From IMG/VR virus record IMGVR_UViG_3300010885_074529: DNA of 64,000 bases; one strand, given 5' to 3'. Position numbers and translations under genes: made by a program. Positions 49,134-58,173 of the stretch are shown here, piece by piece (position 1 is the stretch's first letter; every line of letters begins with the position of its first letter). The notes below the pieces were generated by a model, which searched no databases, had not been told where the DNA came from, and saw nothing but the letters and a program-made list of their open reading frames with translations. Source of the DNA: an uncultured virus (IMG/VR IMGVR_UViG_3300010885_074529) (lineage: Duplodnaviria; Heunggongvirae; Uroviricota; Caudoviricetes).

Positions 49134-51545
49134 ATGGCAATTTTAACGGGATTTCCACCTTCTAATACAATCAGCCCAAGTATTAGAATTGCTGAGAAGG
49201 ATTTAAGCTTCGTAGCAGCACAGCAAAGCTTACACCGTGCAGGACTAATTGGTTTCGCCTCAAAAGGCCCGATGAACCTACCAATCCTAATTTCAACATC
49301 AAGACAACTTACAACCGTGTTTGGCAACCCACATCCAGATGTTGGTGATCCCTACCTAATCTATGCTGCTCAGCAGTATCTTCTCGTAGCTAATGAACTT
49401 TTCGTAGTAAGAGTTGGCGACGAGGACCCAGTAAGCGACGAACAAGCTACAACCGCATCTGCAGAAATTCCAGCAGCAGGAACAGTTGTTTATATGGAAT
49501 CTGCTAAAGTTGGCCCTCACACTTTCGATCCAACCCCATATGGCAACGCCGTTACTGTTGATGGTTATTTTTTCAAATATAAACTCAATGGAGTGTTGAG
49601 CTCCAAGGTTCTAGTAATCAAATCTAGACTAACAGACAAAACTACCCAAGAAGTAGTTGACGAATTAAACGCACAACTAGATACTATAAATGATGGAGTA
49701 GAGTTTTATCTGGTAAACGTTGGAACTGGTGACAACCGCCCAATAGGCTTTAGAGCTGTTTGGTCTTACGGCCCAACCGCATCTTTAGAATTAGTTTCCA
49801 TACAAAACGCTCCCTATGGTTCACTGCTATATAGTGGAAATATTCTAGGACTAGGAACTGGTATGACAGCCGCCGAGGTTACAGGGACTTCAACTAAGTA
49901 TCCTTCTAATAGTGCTGCTGGAGTATACGCTTTTCCTAGTGCTTCTACTTGGACAATAGATCTTGTAGTAGATGGAACAGACAACGTTACAATAGACGGC
50001 GTAGTTCAAACCATCGACCTAAACACAGCACTTGCTCTAGCTGGAACCGCCGATGTCACTGCAATCGCAGCAATCGCTACCGCAATAAACTTGCTAAGAT
50101 ACGAAGCAGGTGGAGATCTACCTGGTGGTTGGATAGCTAGTGCAACTGGCGATTCTTTAGTATTTCGTACTCTGACTCACGGTTCAGATTCTAGACTAAG
50201 AGTTAGAAATACTAGTACTGCTGCTGCTGCCTTCGGTCTTTCAACACTAACAGCTACAGGAGACACACCAGAAGGAGGCTCTGATGAAGAAACCTCCGAC
50301 TACGGTTTAGTAACTGGTGGCGACAACGTGGACGGAGCAATCACATTTACTGTTCAAGCTGATTCTGCTGGCATTGAAGGTAATCAGACTCAAGTAGTAA
50401 TTAAAAATGATGGTCGTGCAGATCACTTTACTTTGGAAGTATATAATAATGGCGTACAGGTAGAAAGTTGGGGTCCGCTAACCAAAAATAGTTCAAGTTC
50501 TTATTATGTAGAAACTTATATGTCTCTTGTATCAGATTATATACGAGTAATGGATGATACAACTAACACAGCAGGTCCTGCTGCAGGGACACATACTCTA
50601 GATGGCGGTTCGGACGGAATTCCTTCTGATCCCGATATGCAAGATGAGTTGCTAATCGGCAGCCCAGTGGGATCAACAGGTTTGTATGTTCTAAGTGAAC
50701 CAGAGCAGATAGATATCGATCTAATTGCTGTTCCGGGACACGCAAGCACATCAGTAGTTAAGGCAATGCTAGACTTCTGTCAGAGCTATAGACAAGATTG
50801 CCTTGCAATTATAGATCCTCCATTTGGATTGACTGTAAAGGAGATAATAGCTTGGCAAAACGGAACACATCCACTAAATGGATATAAGCTCGATTCCGAC
50901 TTCGGTGCCCTTTACTGGCCTTGGGTCAAGATTCGTGATACCTTCAACCGTGTAGACGTTTGGATTCCGCCATCTGGTTCGATTATGGCTGTTATAGCAC
51001 GAAGTGATTTCCTTTCTAGACCATGGTTTGCTCCTGCTGGAGTTAATAGAGGTATAGTTCCTGGAATCATCGATGTTTATGATCGTCCATCACTAGCAGA
51101 TCGTGACTTGATGTATGGAAATAGAAATTGCATCAATCCTATTGTTCAGTTTGTAGACGTTCAGGGGTATGTAGTATTTGGGCAGAAAACGCTTCAGCGT
51201 ACTCCAACCGCTCTAGATCGAGTAAATGTTCGAAGACTAATGTTTTATTTAGAGAAAACAATTCGGTCTGCAGTTCGAACACTACTATTCGATCCTAACG
51301 ATGAAACTTTCAGAAGATCTTTCACCACTATATGTGACGGAATTCTTACCGATGTTAAAAATGGTAGAGGTTTGCATGATTATTTTATCAAGGCTGATGC
51401 TGAACTAAATACTTCCGATGTAATAGATAGGAATGAATTTAGAGCACAAATTGGTGTGCAACCAACTCGTGCGGTAGAATTTATGTTTATTGAATTCTCT
51501 ATTCATAGGACCGGAAGCTTTACAGAGAATGCTAACAACTTCTAA
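49134..51545 (+). CDS. Tail sheath protein (gp18-like)
   Basis: SP...I.EKDLS, GFASKGP, ALYWPWV, PWFAPAG.NRG, GQKTLQ..PTALDRVNVRRL and P....EF..IEF. Confidence 0.97.
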   Translation: MAILTGFPPSNTISPSIRIAEKDLSFVAAQQSLHRAGLIGFASKGPMNLPILISTSRQLTTVFGNPHPDVGDPYLIYAAQQYLLVANELFVVRVGDEDPVSDEQATTASAEIPAAGTVVYMESAKVGPHTFDPTPYGNAVTVDGYFFKYKLNGVLSSKVLVIKSRLTDKTTQEVVDELNAQLDTINDGVEFYLVNVGTGDNRPIGFRAVWSYGPTASLELVSIQNAPYGSLLYSGNILGLGTGMTAAEVTGTSTKYPSNSAAGVYAFPSASTWTIDLVVDGTDNVTIDGVVQTIDLNTALALAGTADVTAIAAIATAINLLRYEAGGDLPGGWIASATGDSLVFRTLTHGSDSRLRVRNTSTAAAAFGLSTLTATGDTPEGGSDEETSDYGLVTGGDNVDGAITFTVQADSAGIEGNQTQVVIKNDGRADHFTLEVYNNGVQVESWGPLTKNSSSSYYVETYMSLVSDYIRVMDDTTNTAGPAAGTHTLDGGSDGIPSDPDMQDELLIGSPVGSTGLYVLSEPEQIDIDLIAVPGHASTSVVKAMLDFCQSYRQDCLAIIDPPFGLTVKEIIAWQNGTHPLNGYKLDSDFGALYWPWVKIRDTFNRVDVWIPPSGSIMAVIARSDFLSRPWFAPAGVNRGIVPGIIDVYDRPSLADRDLMYGNRNCINPIVQFVDVQGYVVFGQKTLQRTPTALDRVNVRRLMFYLEKTIRSAVRTLLFDPNDETFRRSFTTICDGILTDVKNGRGLHDYFIKADAELNTSDVIDRNEFRAQIGVQPTRAVEFMFIEFSIHRTGSFTENANNF

Positions 51546-51578
51546 CAAATAGATAAAAACAAAAAGGAGAATTAAATT

Positions 51579-52196
51579 ATGCCATCAGCAACTCAGGTTA
51601 ACCTGATAGATATGGGTATGGGCGAACTTGGCGGGAACGATATTGTATTCAAGAGGAAATATCGATGGACTCTTGGCATACAATGCCATTGCAGTAACGC
51701 AAATATTCCTACGTACTTCGTTAAACTTGCATCAAGACCAAATTTGACAGTAGAAGAACAAGAAATTAATTTCTTAAATAGCAAAATGTGGATTCCTGGA
51801 AAGGCTAGCTGGGAAACTATAACAGTTACTTTCTACGATTTAGCTGGGCAGGCTTCTGCATCAGGCATTTCGGCTCTATATAGCTGGATCGCTACTGTGT
51901 ATAATTTTACTTCAAATGGAGCAGTCCGTTTTTCTCAAGCTTCCAAAAAAGGAGCAGTTGGGGGGACTCAAGGCTATGCAGCCACAGCAAATCTAAATCT
52001 TTATGATGGGTGTGGAACAAATTTAGAAAATTGGCAACTTGGCCACGTGTGGCCCCAAGCAGTAAATTTTGGAGAACTAGATTATACTTCATCAGAAGAA
52101 GTTACTATTGAAGCTACACTGCGTTATAGCGATGTTCAATATACACCATTATGTGGTGGATTGGTCGCTCCTTGCTGCACTGGTTGCAATGATTAA
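51579..52196 (+). CDS. Tail tube protein (gp19-like), copy 1
   Basis: PGKASWETITVTFYD, WPQAVNFGELDY and EATLRYS. Confidence 0.92.
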   Translation: MPSATQVNLIDMGMGELGGNDIVFKRKYRWTLGIQCHCSNANIPTYFVKLASRPNLTVEEQEINFLNSKMWIPGKASWETITVTFYDLAGQASASGISALYSWIATVYNFTSNGAVRFSQASKKGAVGGTQGYAATANLNLYDGCGTNLENWQLGHVWPQAVNFGELDYTSSEEVTIEATLRYSDVQYTPLCGGLVAPCCTGCND

Positions 52197-52220
52197 TTTA
52201 ATTTAATTCAAATCAAATAC

Positions 52221-52260
52221 AAAGCCTTGTATCTATTATAATTGTAGATACAAGGCTTTT
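52221..52260. terminator. Intrinsic terminator-like hairpin between the two tube genes
   Basis: 15-bp perfect inverted repeat aaagccttgtatcta / tagatacaaggcttt with a 9-nt loop and a T-rich tail. Confidence 0.8.
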
Positions 52261-52274
52261 ATTTTAGGAGGCTA

Positions 52275-52796
52275 ATGGCAAGAGAAACAATGGGTTTTGA
52301 TTTTGGTCTAGATGATTCAACTACATGTTTTAAAAGAAAAAATAGATGGTTATTTAAAATAGATGGAATAAGTGCGGATACAAAAGGCATAGATTCATTA
52401 CCACCCAGCAAAGCAGCCAGACCATCCGTTAGTTTCAAAGAATTAGAAGCACAACACGTGACGGAGACAATATATTTTCCAGGAAAGCCTGAATGGAAGC
52501 CCATCACATTGTCTTTATATGATCTTAAAAGGAATAAACATCCAATATTCGAATGGCTCAAACAAGTATATGATCCAAATGGCGACGGAGGCAATGGTAC
52601 TTATAAACCATCGGCAGATGGCTGGAAGAAACAATGTACTTTAGAAATGTATGACGGATGTGGGAACGTAATCGAGACTTGGACCTTCGATAATGCATGG
52701 CCACAATCAATAGAATTTGGAGATTTGGACATGACTAGTAGCGAGGTGCTGACTTGCGAAGTAACTTTAAGATACGACCGGGCTTATATTAGTTGA
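52275..52796 (+). CDS. Tail tube-like protein (gp19-like), copy 2
   Basis: PGKPEWKPITLSLYD, AWPQSIEFGDLDM and EVTLRYDRA. Confidence 0.9.
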   Translation: MARETMGFDFGLDDSTTCFKRKNRWLFKIDGISADTKGIDSLPPSKAARPSVSFKELEAQHVTETIYFPGKPEWKPITLSLYDLKRNKHPIFEWLKQVYDPNGDGGNGTYKPSADGWKKQCTLEMYDGCGNVIETWTFDNAWPQSIEFGDLDMTSSEVLTCEVTLRYDRAYIS

Positions 52797-53040
52797 TTTC
52801 TTTTTCTTCTGTTGCCATCTCTTTATTTAGAAGAGACTGGCATGCGGCGATTGCGTCTTCTAAATCTTTTGGCTTACATTTTAAAACTCTACATGCTCCG
52901 CTTTTATTTAATCTTCCTTTTTTAGTATAAACTTTTCCATCGTTTAGTAAAAAAGCATCTACTAAGTTTGAATATCCACTATCTATTAGCTTTTGTATTA
53001 GCTCTTGATTTTCAAGCTGGTCGAATGGGTTGTTTTTCAT
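52789..53040 (-). CDS. Small helix-turn-helix-like protein
   Basis: YTKKGRLNKSGACRVLKCKPKDLED. Confidence 0.6.
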   Translation of the reverse strand: MKNNPFDQLENQELIQKLIDSGYSNLVDAFLLNDGKVYTKKGRLNKSGACRVLKCKPKDLEDAIAACQSLLNKEMATEEKEIN

Positions 53041-53088
53041 GTTTGCACCTTATATTATATTCTAATTATATGCTTATAATTTAATTAT

Positions 53089-53628
53089 TCAAGAGTCTAC
53101 AACAATATTATGTCGTTTATAAACTCCTTTTCTACCAGACATTTGTTTTTCCATTTGAATCTGCACGTGGTCTAAATATCTTTTCTTTAATTCGTTATAA
53201 TTCCTTGCACTTCTATACATTTGTCTAAAGTGATTTAGTATACAAGTGGTCATGTAGTTAAATGCTTTGCCTTTTTGTGGATCAAATCTATCTATTTTTT
53301 CAAAACAAATCATTACTCCTTCTTGAACAGCATCATCTTGGTCGATTAGGTTAAACTTGGCGTATCTAACTATGTTCTCTGATAGTGTGTAAAAAGCAGT
53401 TGCAAGTTCTTTTTGAACTTCTTGGAAATTAAACTCCACTGATCTGTAAATTATCTCAACATTTTTCCAAGATTCAGGTTTTTTATATTTTCCTCTTTTG
53501 CTTGTTCTTATTTCTGTTTTGTTGATATCATCCATGAATAACTGGTATTTTATTTTTTCTTTTTTCGAAGATTGAAACCTTACAATTAATTTTTCAAAGG
53601 TTTTATTATTTAAGTATTCTGTTGACAT
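53089..53628 (-). CDS. Late-transcription sigma factor (T4 gp55-like)
   Basis: YLNNK at the N-terminus; DAVQEGV..CFEKIDRFDPQKGKAFNYMT region-2 pattern; no region 4. Confidence 0.85.
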   Translation of the reverse strand: MSTEYLNNKTFEKLIVRFQSSKKEKIKYQLFMDDINKTEIRTSKRGKYKKPESWKNVEIIYRSVEFNFQEVQKELATAFYTLSENIVRYAKFNLIDQDDAVQEGVMICFEKIDRFDPQKGKAFNYMTTCILNHFRQMYRSARNYNELKKRYLDHVQIQMEKQMSGRKGVYKRHNIVVDS

Positions 53629-54484
53629 CAAGCTCCTTTATTTCTTTTTGCTCCCAAATTTCAATTCTTTCGAGTGCTTCTTTTTTCGCTTCTTGGTACC
53701 ATTTTTTAGCTTTCTCATAATAAGATGGGCTGTATAATTTTCCGCTGGTGAAACTACGAAAATGATCAATATTTTCGTCTTTCTTTCTTTGGAAGTTTGG
53801 TTCTTTGCCGATTAAATGTGGCGTTATATTGTGAGTTCTTAGTATGTAATTTCCTAATATCTCTGTGTCGGGCCATCCTGGTCTAGTTAATGATGGTCTA
53901 TAATCTCTGATATTGTAATAGTTAGACAGTCTTCGAAGGCTCCAACCAAAGCCTATTCTGTCCATGGTTGGCATGTGATACATGGTTGCTGTGTGAGACA
54001 CCATACCTTTCCAGTCTTCGTGCTTTCGAGGACTTATTTCATAACCAACAACGGGCGATTTACTTTGACAAAGATCAATTAGATCAGTTAAAAAGTTTTT
54101 ATTTCTTAGAAAACAATCAGCATGAGTTGCAAACAAATAATTTGTTCTACAGGCACTAAACGCCAAATCCATTGCTATAGCAGGAAAGTCTGAGGGGTGG
54201 AGAACTCCGTTGAAACGTAACGCATGAATCTCAACATCCTCATCTCTTAGTTGTTCTATTTTATCGTATTCTTCTTTACAACTACCCGTATCTATTACTA
54301 CAATGTATGGCTTTTCTTCTTGTAGTCTTAATAGTTTAATGCATATATCTAATTGTTCGTATGTATCCAAACAAGGAATTACAGCAGTAACTTTATATTG
54401 CCACGGCTTTTTTTTGCAACTTCCTTCCCATGGAGATTCATTCTGTGGGATGTTTCTAAGTGGTGCAAAATCTTTTTTCATCAT
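53606..54484 (-). CDS. GT2-family glycosyltransferase-like protein
   Basis: VTAVIPC, VVIDTGS and YLFATHADCF. Confidence 0.75.
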   Translation of the reverse strand: MMKKDFAPLRNIPQNESPWEGSCKKKPWQYKVTAVIPCLDTYEQLDICIKLLRLQEEKPYIVVIDTGSCKEEYDKIEQLRDEDVEIHALRFNGVLHPSDFPAIAMDLAFSACRTNYLFATHADCFLRNKNFLTDLIDLCQSKSPVVGYEISPRKHEDWKGMVSHTATMYHMPTMDRIGFGWSLRRLSNYYNIRDYRPSLTRPGWPDTEILGNYILRTHNITPHLIGKEPNFQRKKDENIDHFRSFTSGKLYSPSYYEKAKKWYQEAKKEALERIEIWEQKEIKELDVNRILK

Positions 54485-54501
54485 TAACCCTATGATAAAG
54501 T

Positions 54502-54666
54502 ATGGAAATATACCATATACTTTTACAGTTATTAGACAAACCTGATGTGCCCAAATTCTATCGAGAATTATGCAAATACTATGAGTCTAAAAACATGGAA
54601 AACGAAGCGTTAGCTTTTCGTTCTTTAATAGAGAGTAAGTTTGATAAAAATGAATATAACAGTTAA
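54502..54666 (+). CDS. Small helical protein, 54 aa (not in ORF track)
   Basis: Hand translation MEIYHILLQLLDKPDVPKFYRELCKYYESKNMENEALAF...YNS*. Confidence 0.45.
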   Translation: MEIYHILLQLLDKPDVPKFYRELCKYYESKNMENEALAFRSLIESKFDKNEYNS

Positions 54667-55618
54667 TATTTTAGCCAAAAATAATGAAGAAACTATAGAA
54701 AACACACTTCAATCCGTTTCTTCTTTAAACGCAAAAATTCTTATTGGCGACTTGGGGTGCAAAGACAACACAATAAAAATATGTAAAAACTACGAAAACG
54801 TTCAAGTATTGCCTTTATCGCTGAATGAGAACATAAGCGAAGCAAAAAATCTTATGATTAAAAACAGTGATACAGATTGGGTATTGTTTGTTGATGCTTG
54901 GGAGGTAATGATATCAGACCCAGACAAGATAGTAAGTTTGACTAAAGAGCCAAGTGCTTATAAAATTAATTATTTACAGAATGACTTAATAACAAAAGAA
55001 ATTAGATTTTGGCATAAAAGTAAAAATCTAAAGTTCAAAAATCCTGTTTTTGAAACTGTATCAGGATCAGCAAAAGATACAGAAGTTTATTTTATTTCAA
55101 ATCCAAACAAATCAGATAGCATTAAATTAGAATTATTAGAAATTTGGCGGAAAAATAAACCTTTATCAGTAGAGCCAATCTATTATTTATCTTGCATCCA
55201 GCTATCCAATAAAGACTGGAAGAAGTTTTTGAATTTGGCAGAATTATATCTTCATCAAGAAAGAATAAAAGGCATGTCGTTTACCATGACACAATACTAC
55301 TGTGCCATGGTAAAATGCTATATAAAGGCCGAGAGAGACTATAGGAAAGCTATTGAGCTTATATTGTCTTGTATAGCCGAGAAGCCCTTAATGGCCGAAT
55401 TCTGGTGTTTATTGGGCGATATATACTATGAATTAAATCAATGTGACAAAGCTATTTGTTTTTATGAAAACGCATTGATTTTGGGTTCTAAAAGACTAAA
55501 AAGCGATGATTGGCCTATGGAAATATCTAAATATAAAGACTATCCAAATAAAATGATGGATACTTGTAAAAAAATCATAGATTCATACAAGGTTTATGGT
55601 ATAGAAAAATCAATATAA
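54650..55618 (+). CDS. GT2 + TPR protein
   Basis: ILAKNNEETI..TL.SV, D.G.KDNT and WVLFVDAWE; TPR AEFWCLLGDIYY...A..FYENAL. Confidence 0.8.
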   Translation: MNITVNILAKNNEETIENTLQSVSSLNAKILIGDLGCKDNTIKICKNYENVQVLPLSLNENISEAKNLMIKNSDTDWVLFVDAWEVMISDPDKIVSLTKEPSAYKINYLQNDLITKEIRFWHKSKNLKFKNPVFETVSGSAKDTEVYFISNPNKSDSIKLELLEIWRKNKPLSVEPIYYLSCIQLSNKDWKKFLNLAELYLHQERIKGMSFTMTQYYCAMVKCYIKAERDYRKAIELILSCIAEKPLMAEFWCLLGDIYYELNQCDKAICFYENALILGSKRLKSDDWPMEISKYKDYPNKMMDTCKKIIDSYKVYGIEKSI

Positions 55619-56002
55619 GTAATCAAGTTCATTCACTATCGCTGTTACTTGGTCTTCATATCTGCACACAGCTATATGTTTTCGTCCTATTCCGAGTTTT
55701 TTTAGTTTGTCTTCTAGCTCATCAATATGACAATTAATCACAGAAAAATTGTTGTCAGCTAGTTTTTTAGCATCTTCTTCTAAACTAACAATTGTTTTGT
55801 TGGGATAGTATTCCTTTAACTGTTCTTTTGCATCTGTCATAATCTTTTTATAAAGAGGCACATTACAAGCACATCCCGGATTCTGTTGCCATTTTTGCAT
55901 ATCTTCATTGAAATATGATGGCAAACTTTCTCTAAATCTTGAGTCTCTTAGTGCTTGTTTAACATCCATTAAGGTTACGGGTCTAATTATCGATGTTGTC
56001 AT
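55610..56002 (-). CDS. Hypothetical protein with NPGCAC
   Basis: 130-aa ORF in a coupled run. Confidence 0.65.
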   Translation of the reverse strand: MTTSIIRPVTLMDVKQALRDSRFRESLPSYFNEDMQKWQQNPGCACNVPLYKKIMTDAKEQLKEYYPNKTIVSLEEDAKKLADNNFSVINCHIDELEDKLKKLGIGRKHIAVCRYEDQVTAIVNELDYLY

Positions 56003-56237
56003 TTTTCGCCTCTTCTTTGATTATCTTAGGTCTATTTGAGAACCCACATTTTGGACACTTCAATTTTTTAGGCTGGTTCATACTTTGCATCTTTAACTTC
56101 TTAGTCAAAGAATCTATTTGAGGTATAGTTTTTTGTATAGGTGAAGATGGAATGATAACAAAAATATCCAGATCTTCTGGGTTGTTTATAATTTTTCTAA
56201 AGCTGCAATGGTCGCAGAAAAATGAGTATTTATTCAT
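55983..56237 (-). CDS. Zinc-ribbon protein
   Basis: CDHC...KCPKCG. Confidence 0.7.
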   Translation of the reverse strand: MNKYSFFCDHCSFRKIINNPEDLDIFVIIPSSPIQKTIPQIDSLTKKLKMQSMNQPKKLKCPKCGFSNRPKIIKEEAKNDNIDN

Positions 56238-56544
56238 TTGGTAAATTCACTATAGTTGATGCTTCAATCCAATTAACTACAACAGCTCCTAGATTAGCTA
56301 AAAATCCACTTGCACAGCCACACGCAAAAATCTTTAGTGGTTCGTCAGATATCCAAATATAACCCATCAAGAAACCACACCAAGTTCCCGCACAAAGATA
56401 ACAATCTACTACGCTTCCAAAACTAGGAATTCTTAATTTTTTAGTAATCCATTTTACAAAGTTTCTAAATGGTTCTGTTATAGACCCGTCTACAATTATA
56501 TGGGTCATTCCTACAGCACTTAAAGCGAATAAAATTAAATTCAT
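56230..56544 (-). CDS. DUF1360-like membrane protein
   Basis: Hydrophobic helices; I.EPFR and CYLCAGTW; AGGAG RBS. Confidence 0.65.
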   Translation of the reverse strand: MNLILFALSAVGMTHIIVDGSITEPFRNFVKWITKKLRIPSFGSVVDCYLCAGTWCGFLMGYIWISDEPLKIFACGCASGFLANLGAVVVNWIEASTIVNLPNE

Positions 56545-56570
56545 ATTTTTCTCCTAATCAATTATATGTT

Positions 56571-56924
56571 TTATCTCCAGAAAGACAAGAAGATTTCATC
56601 CTTGTTTCTATACGCACAAAAATCTCTATATTCTACAAATCCACATAAATTTTCATCCAAATCTAAAGAGTGATTTTGAACTATACTTGTGTTTAATTTG
56701 TTTACAATTATTTTTTCACCAAAATGTTTTTCCAAAACTTCTATATGGCTCTTATCTAAAGAATTCAATAGATCTAGCACACTTTTTGATCCAAGGCCAC
56801 CCAGAACAGATATGGTTTTTCCCAAATGCCACTGATCAAAAAAATGTCTGAACTCCGGAAGAAGTTCTTTTACTTTTTTATCAAAGAAAATGATTTCTTC
56901 AATGTTTTTTAAATTTATTTCCAT
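56571..56924 (-). CDS. Hypothetical protein
   Basis: 117-aa ORF. Confidence 0.6.
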   Translation of the reverse strand: MEINLKNIEEIIFFDKKVKELLPEFRHFFDQWHLGKTISVLGGLGSKSVLDLLNSLDKSHIEVLEKHFGEKIIVNKLNTSIVQNHSLDLDENLCGFVEYRDFCAYRNKDEIFLSFWR

Positions 56925-56974
56925 GATACTCTTTTAATTTACCCTTACTAAAGTAGTACAAAAGGAGATAAAAA

Positions 56975-57973
56975 ATGGCCGATGATGTTTTTAGACCACA
57001 AATGCCAACAGAAGGATCCGGATTAAATATAAAAGGAAATCCGCCACCCGAATTCCTGAAGATGATGAAAGAAGCTAGAGGAGAAAGCACAGAACCAAAA
57101 TCGGGTTTTGGGAACATGGCCTCGAACGAAGTTGCTAAGCCTTTCTCCGCTCCTGCGGAGCCAAGAGAAGTTAGTACCGGCCATCTTAAAGAGCTTTTAG
57201 ATATCATTAAAAGCTCCAACGCTATTTACGAAGAAGTGCAGTTGCCTTCTAAAGGAAAGTTTTATGATGGTACAAATGGTCCTGCCAACGGTGTTGTTTC
57301 TATCAGACCCATGACAGGCGAAGAAGAACAGATTTTGGCTACTCCTCGTTTTGTTAAAAGAGGACAAGCTATCAATATGATTTTCGAAAAATGTATCAAA
57401 GAAGGAAAGCAGTTTAGAACTGAAAACTTGTTGACCGTTGATAGAACTTATCTTTTGATATATTTACGAGGAATATCTTATACTCCAAAATACGAAGTAG
57501 AAATCAAGTGTTCGGAATGCGAATCTAAGTTTTCTCATACCATCGATTTGAGCACAATGCTTGTTGATCAATGTCCTGACGAATACGGACCAAATCTTCA
57601 AGATGTATTGCCAACAACAAAGCTTCCATTCTCATACCGACTATCAACAGGCAAAGATGAGCAAGAAATAACAGATCACAGAGAACGTAGAGTGAAAGCG
57701 TTCGGTGATTCAGCCACTGATGATACTCTAACCTTCAGAACTGCTTCTTTGCTACAGGACATTGATGGAATTTCAAATAAAAATGAACTTCAAATTCTTC
57801 TAAAGAATCTGCCTATCAACGATGTTTCTTATATTAGAAATTGTATCAACGAGCCACCTTTTGGAGTAGATACTAATATTTCTATAATTTGTCCTTCGTG
57901 CTATGCAGAGTTCGATATAGATCTACCTCTTGAAGCAAGTTTTTTCTTTCCCAGGCGGAAGAAGGGGCAGTAA
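56975..57973 (+). CDS. Baseplate hub assembly / tail assembly chaperone (T4 gp26-like)
   Basis: LPSKG.FY, IRPMT.EEE.IL, DR.YLLI.LR.IS, two CxxC pairs and terminal FFFP. Confidence 0.85.
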   Translation: MADDVFRPQMPTEGSGLNIKGNPPPEFLKMMKEARGESTEPKSGFGNMASNEVAKPFSAPAEPREVSTGHLKELLDIIKSSNAIYEEVQLPSKGKFYDGTNGPANGVVSIRPMTGEEEQILATPRFVKRGQAINMIFEKCIKEGKQFRTENLLTVDRTYLLIYLRGISYTPKYEVEIKCSECESKFSHTIDLSTMLVDQCPDEYGPNLQDVLPTTKLPFSYRLSTGKDEQEITDHRERRVKAFGDSATDDTLTFRTASLLQDIDGISNKNELQILLKNLPINDVSYIRNCINEPPFGVDTNISIICPSCYAEFDIDLPLEASFFFPRRKKGQ

Positions 57974-58170
57974 ACCCAAGCCTAGAACTATGGAAGGGGT
58001 TAGCGGATGAAATATTTTTCTTCCAATATCACTTACGTCTGGATCCTGAAAAAACTATGAGATTGCCAATAAATCTTCGAAGATATATGATAGAGAAATT
58101 TATTGAGCAAAAAGAAAACGAAAACCAAGCAATGGAAAAGTCAAGACGAAAGTCGCAATCTAAGAGGTAA
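57934..58170 (+). CDS. gp51-like frame, probably reached by -1 frameshift (not in ORF track)
   Basis: Frame is open from the TGA at 57931 to the TAA at 58168-58170 and reads ...DEIFFFQYHL...MRLPINLRRYMIEKFIEQKENE...; no start codon before the conserved part. Confidence 0.75.
   Translation, partial: SKFFLSQAEEGAVNPSLELWKGLADEIFFFQYHLRLDPEKTMRLPINLRRYMIEKFIEQKENENQAMEKSRRKSQSKR
57940..57946 (+). other. Slippery heptamer T TTT TTC (candidate -1 programmed frameshift site)
   Basis: X XXY YYZ in the zero frame of the gp26-like gene, inside the overlap of the two frames. Confidence 0.7.
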
Positions 58171-58173
58171 AAG

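Noticed and set aside
12956..58170. Bacterial eCIS, tailocin or T6SS locus
   Set aside because: gp55-like sigma, gp2-like end protector, gp14-like neck and capsid-targeting-like leaders point to a headed phage. Head genes are presumably outside the window.
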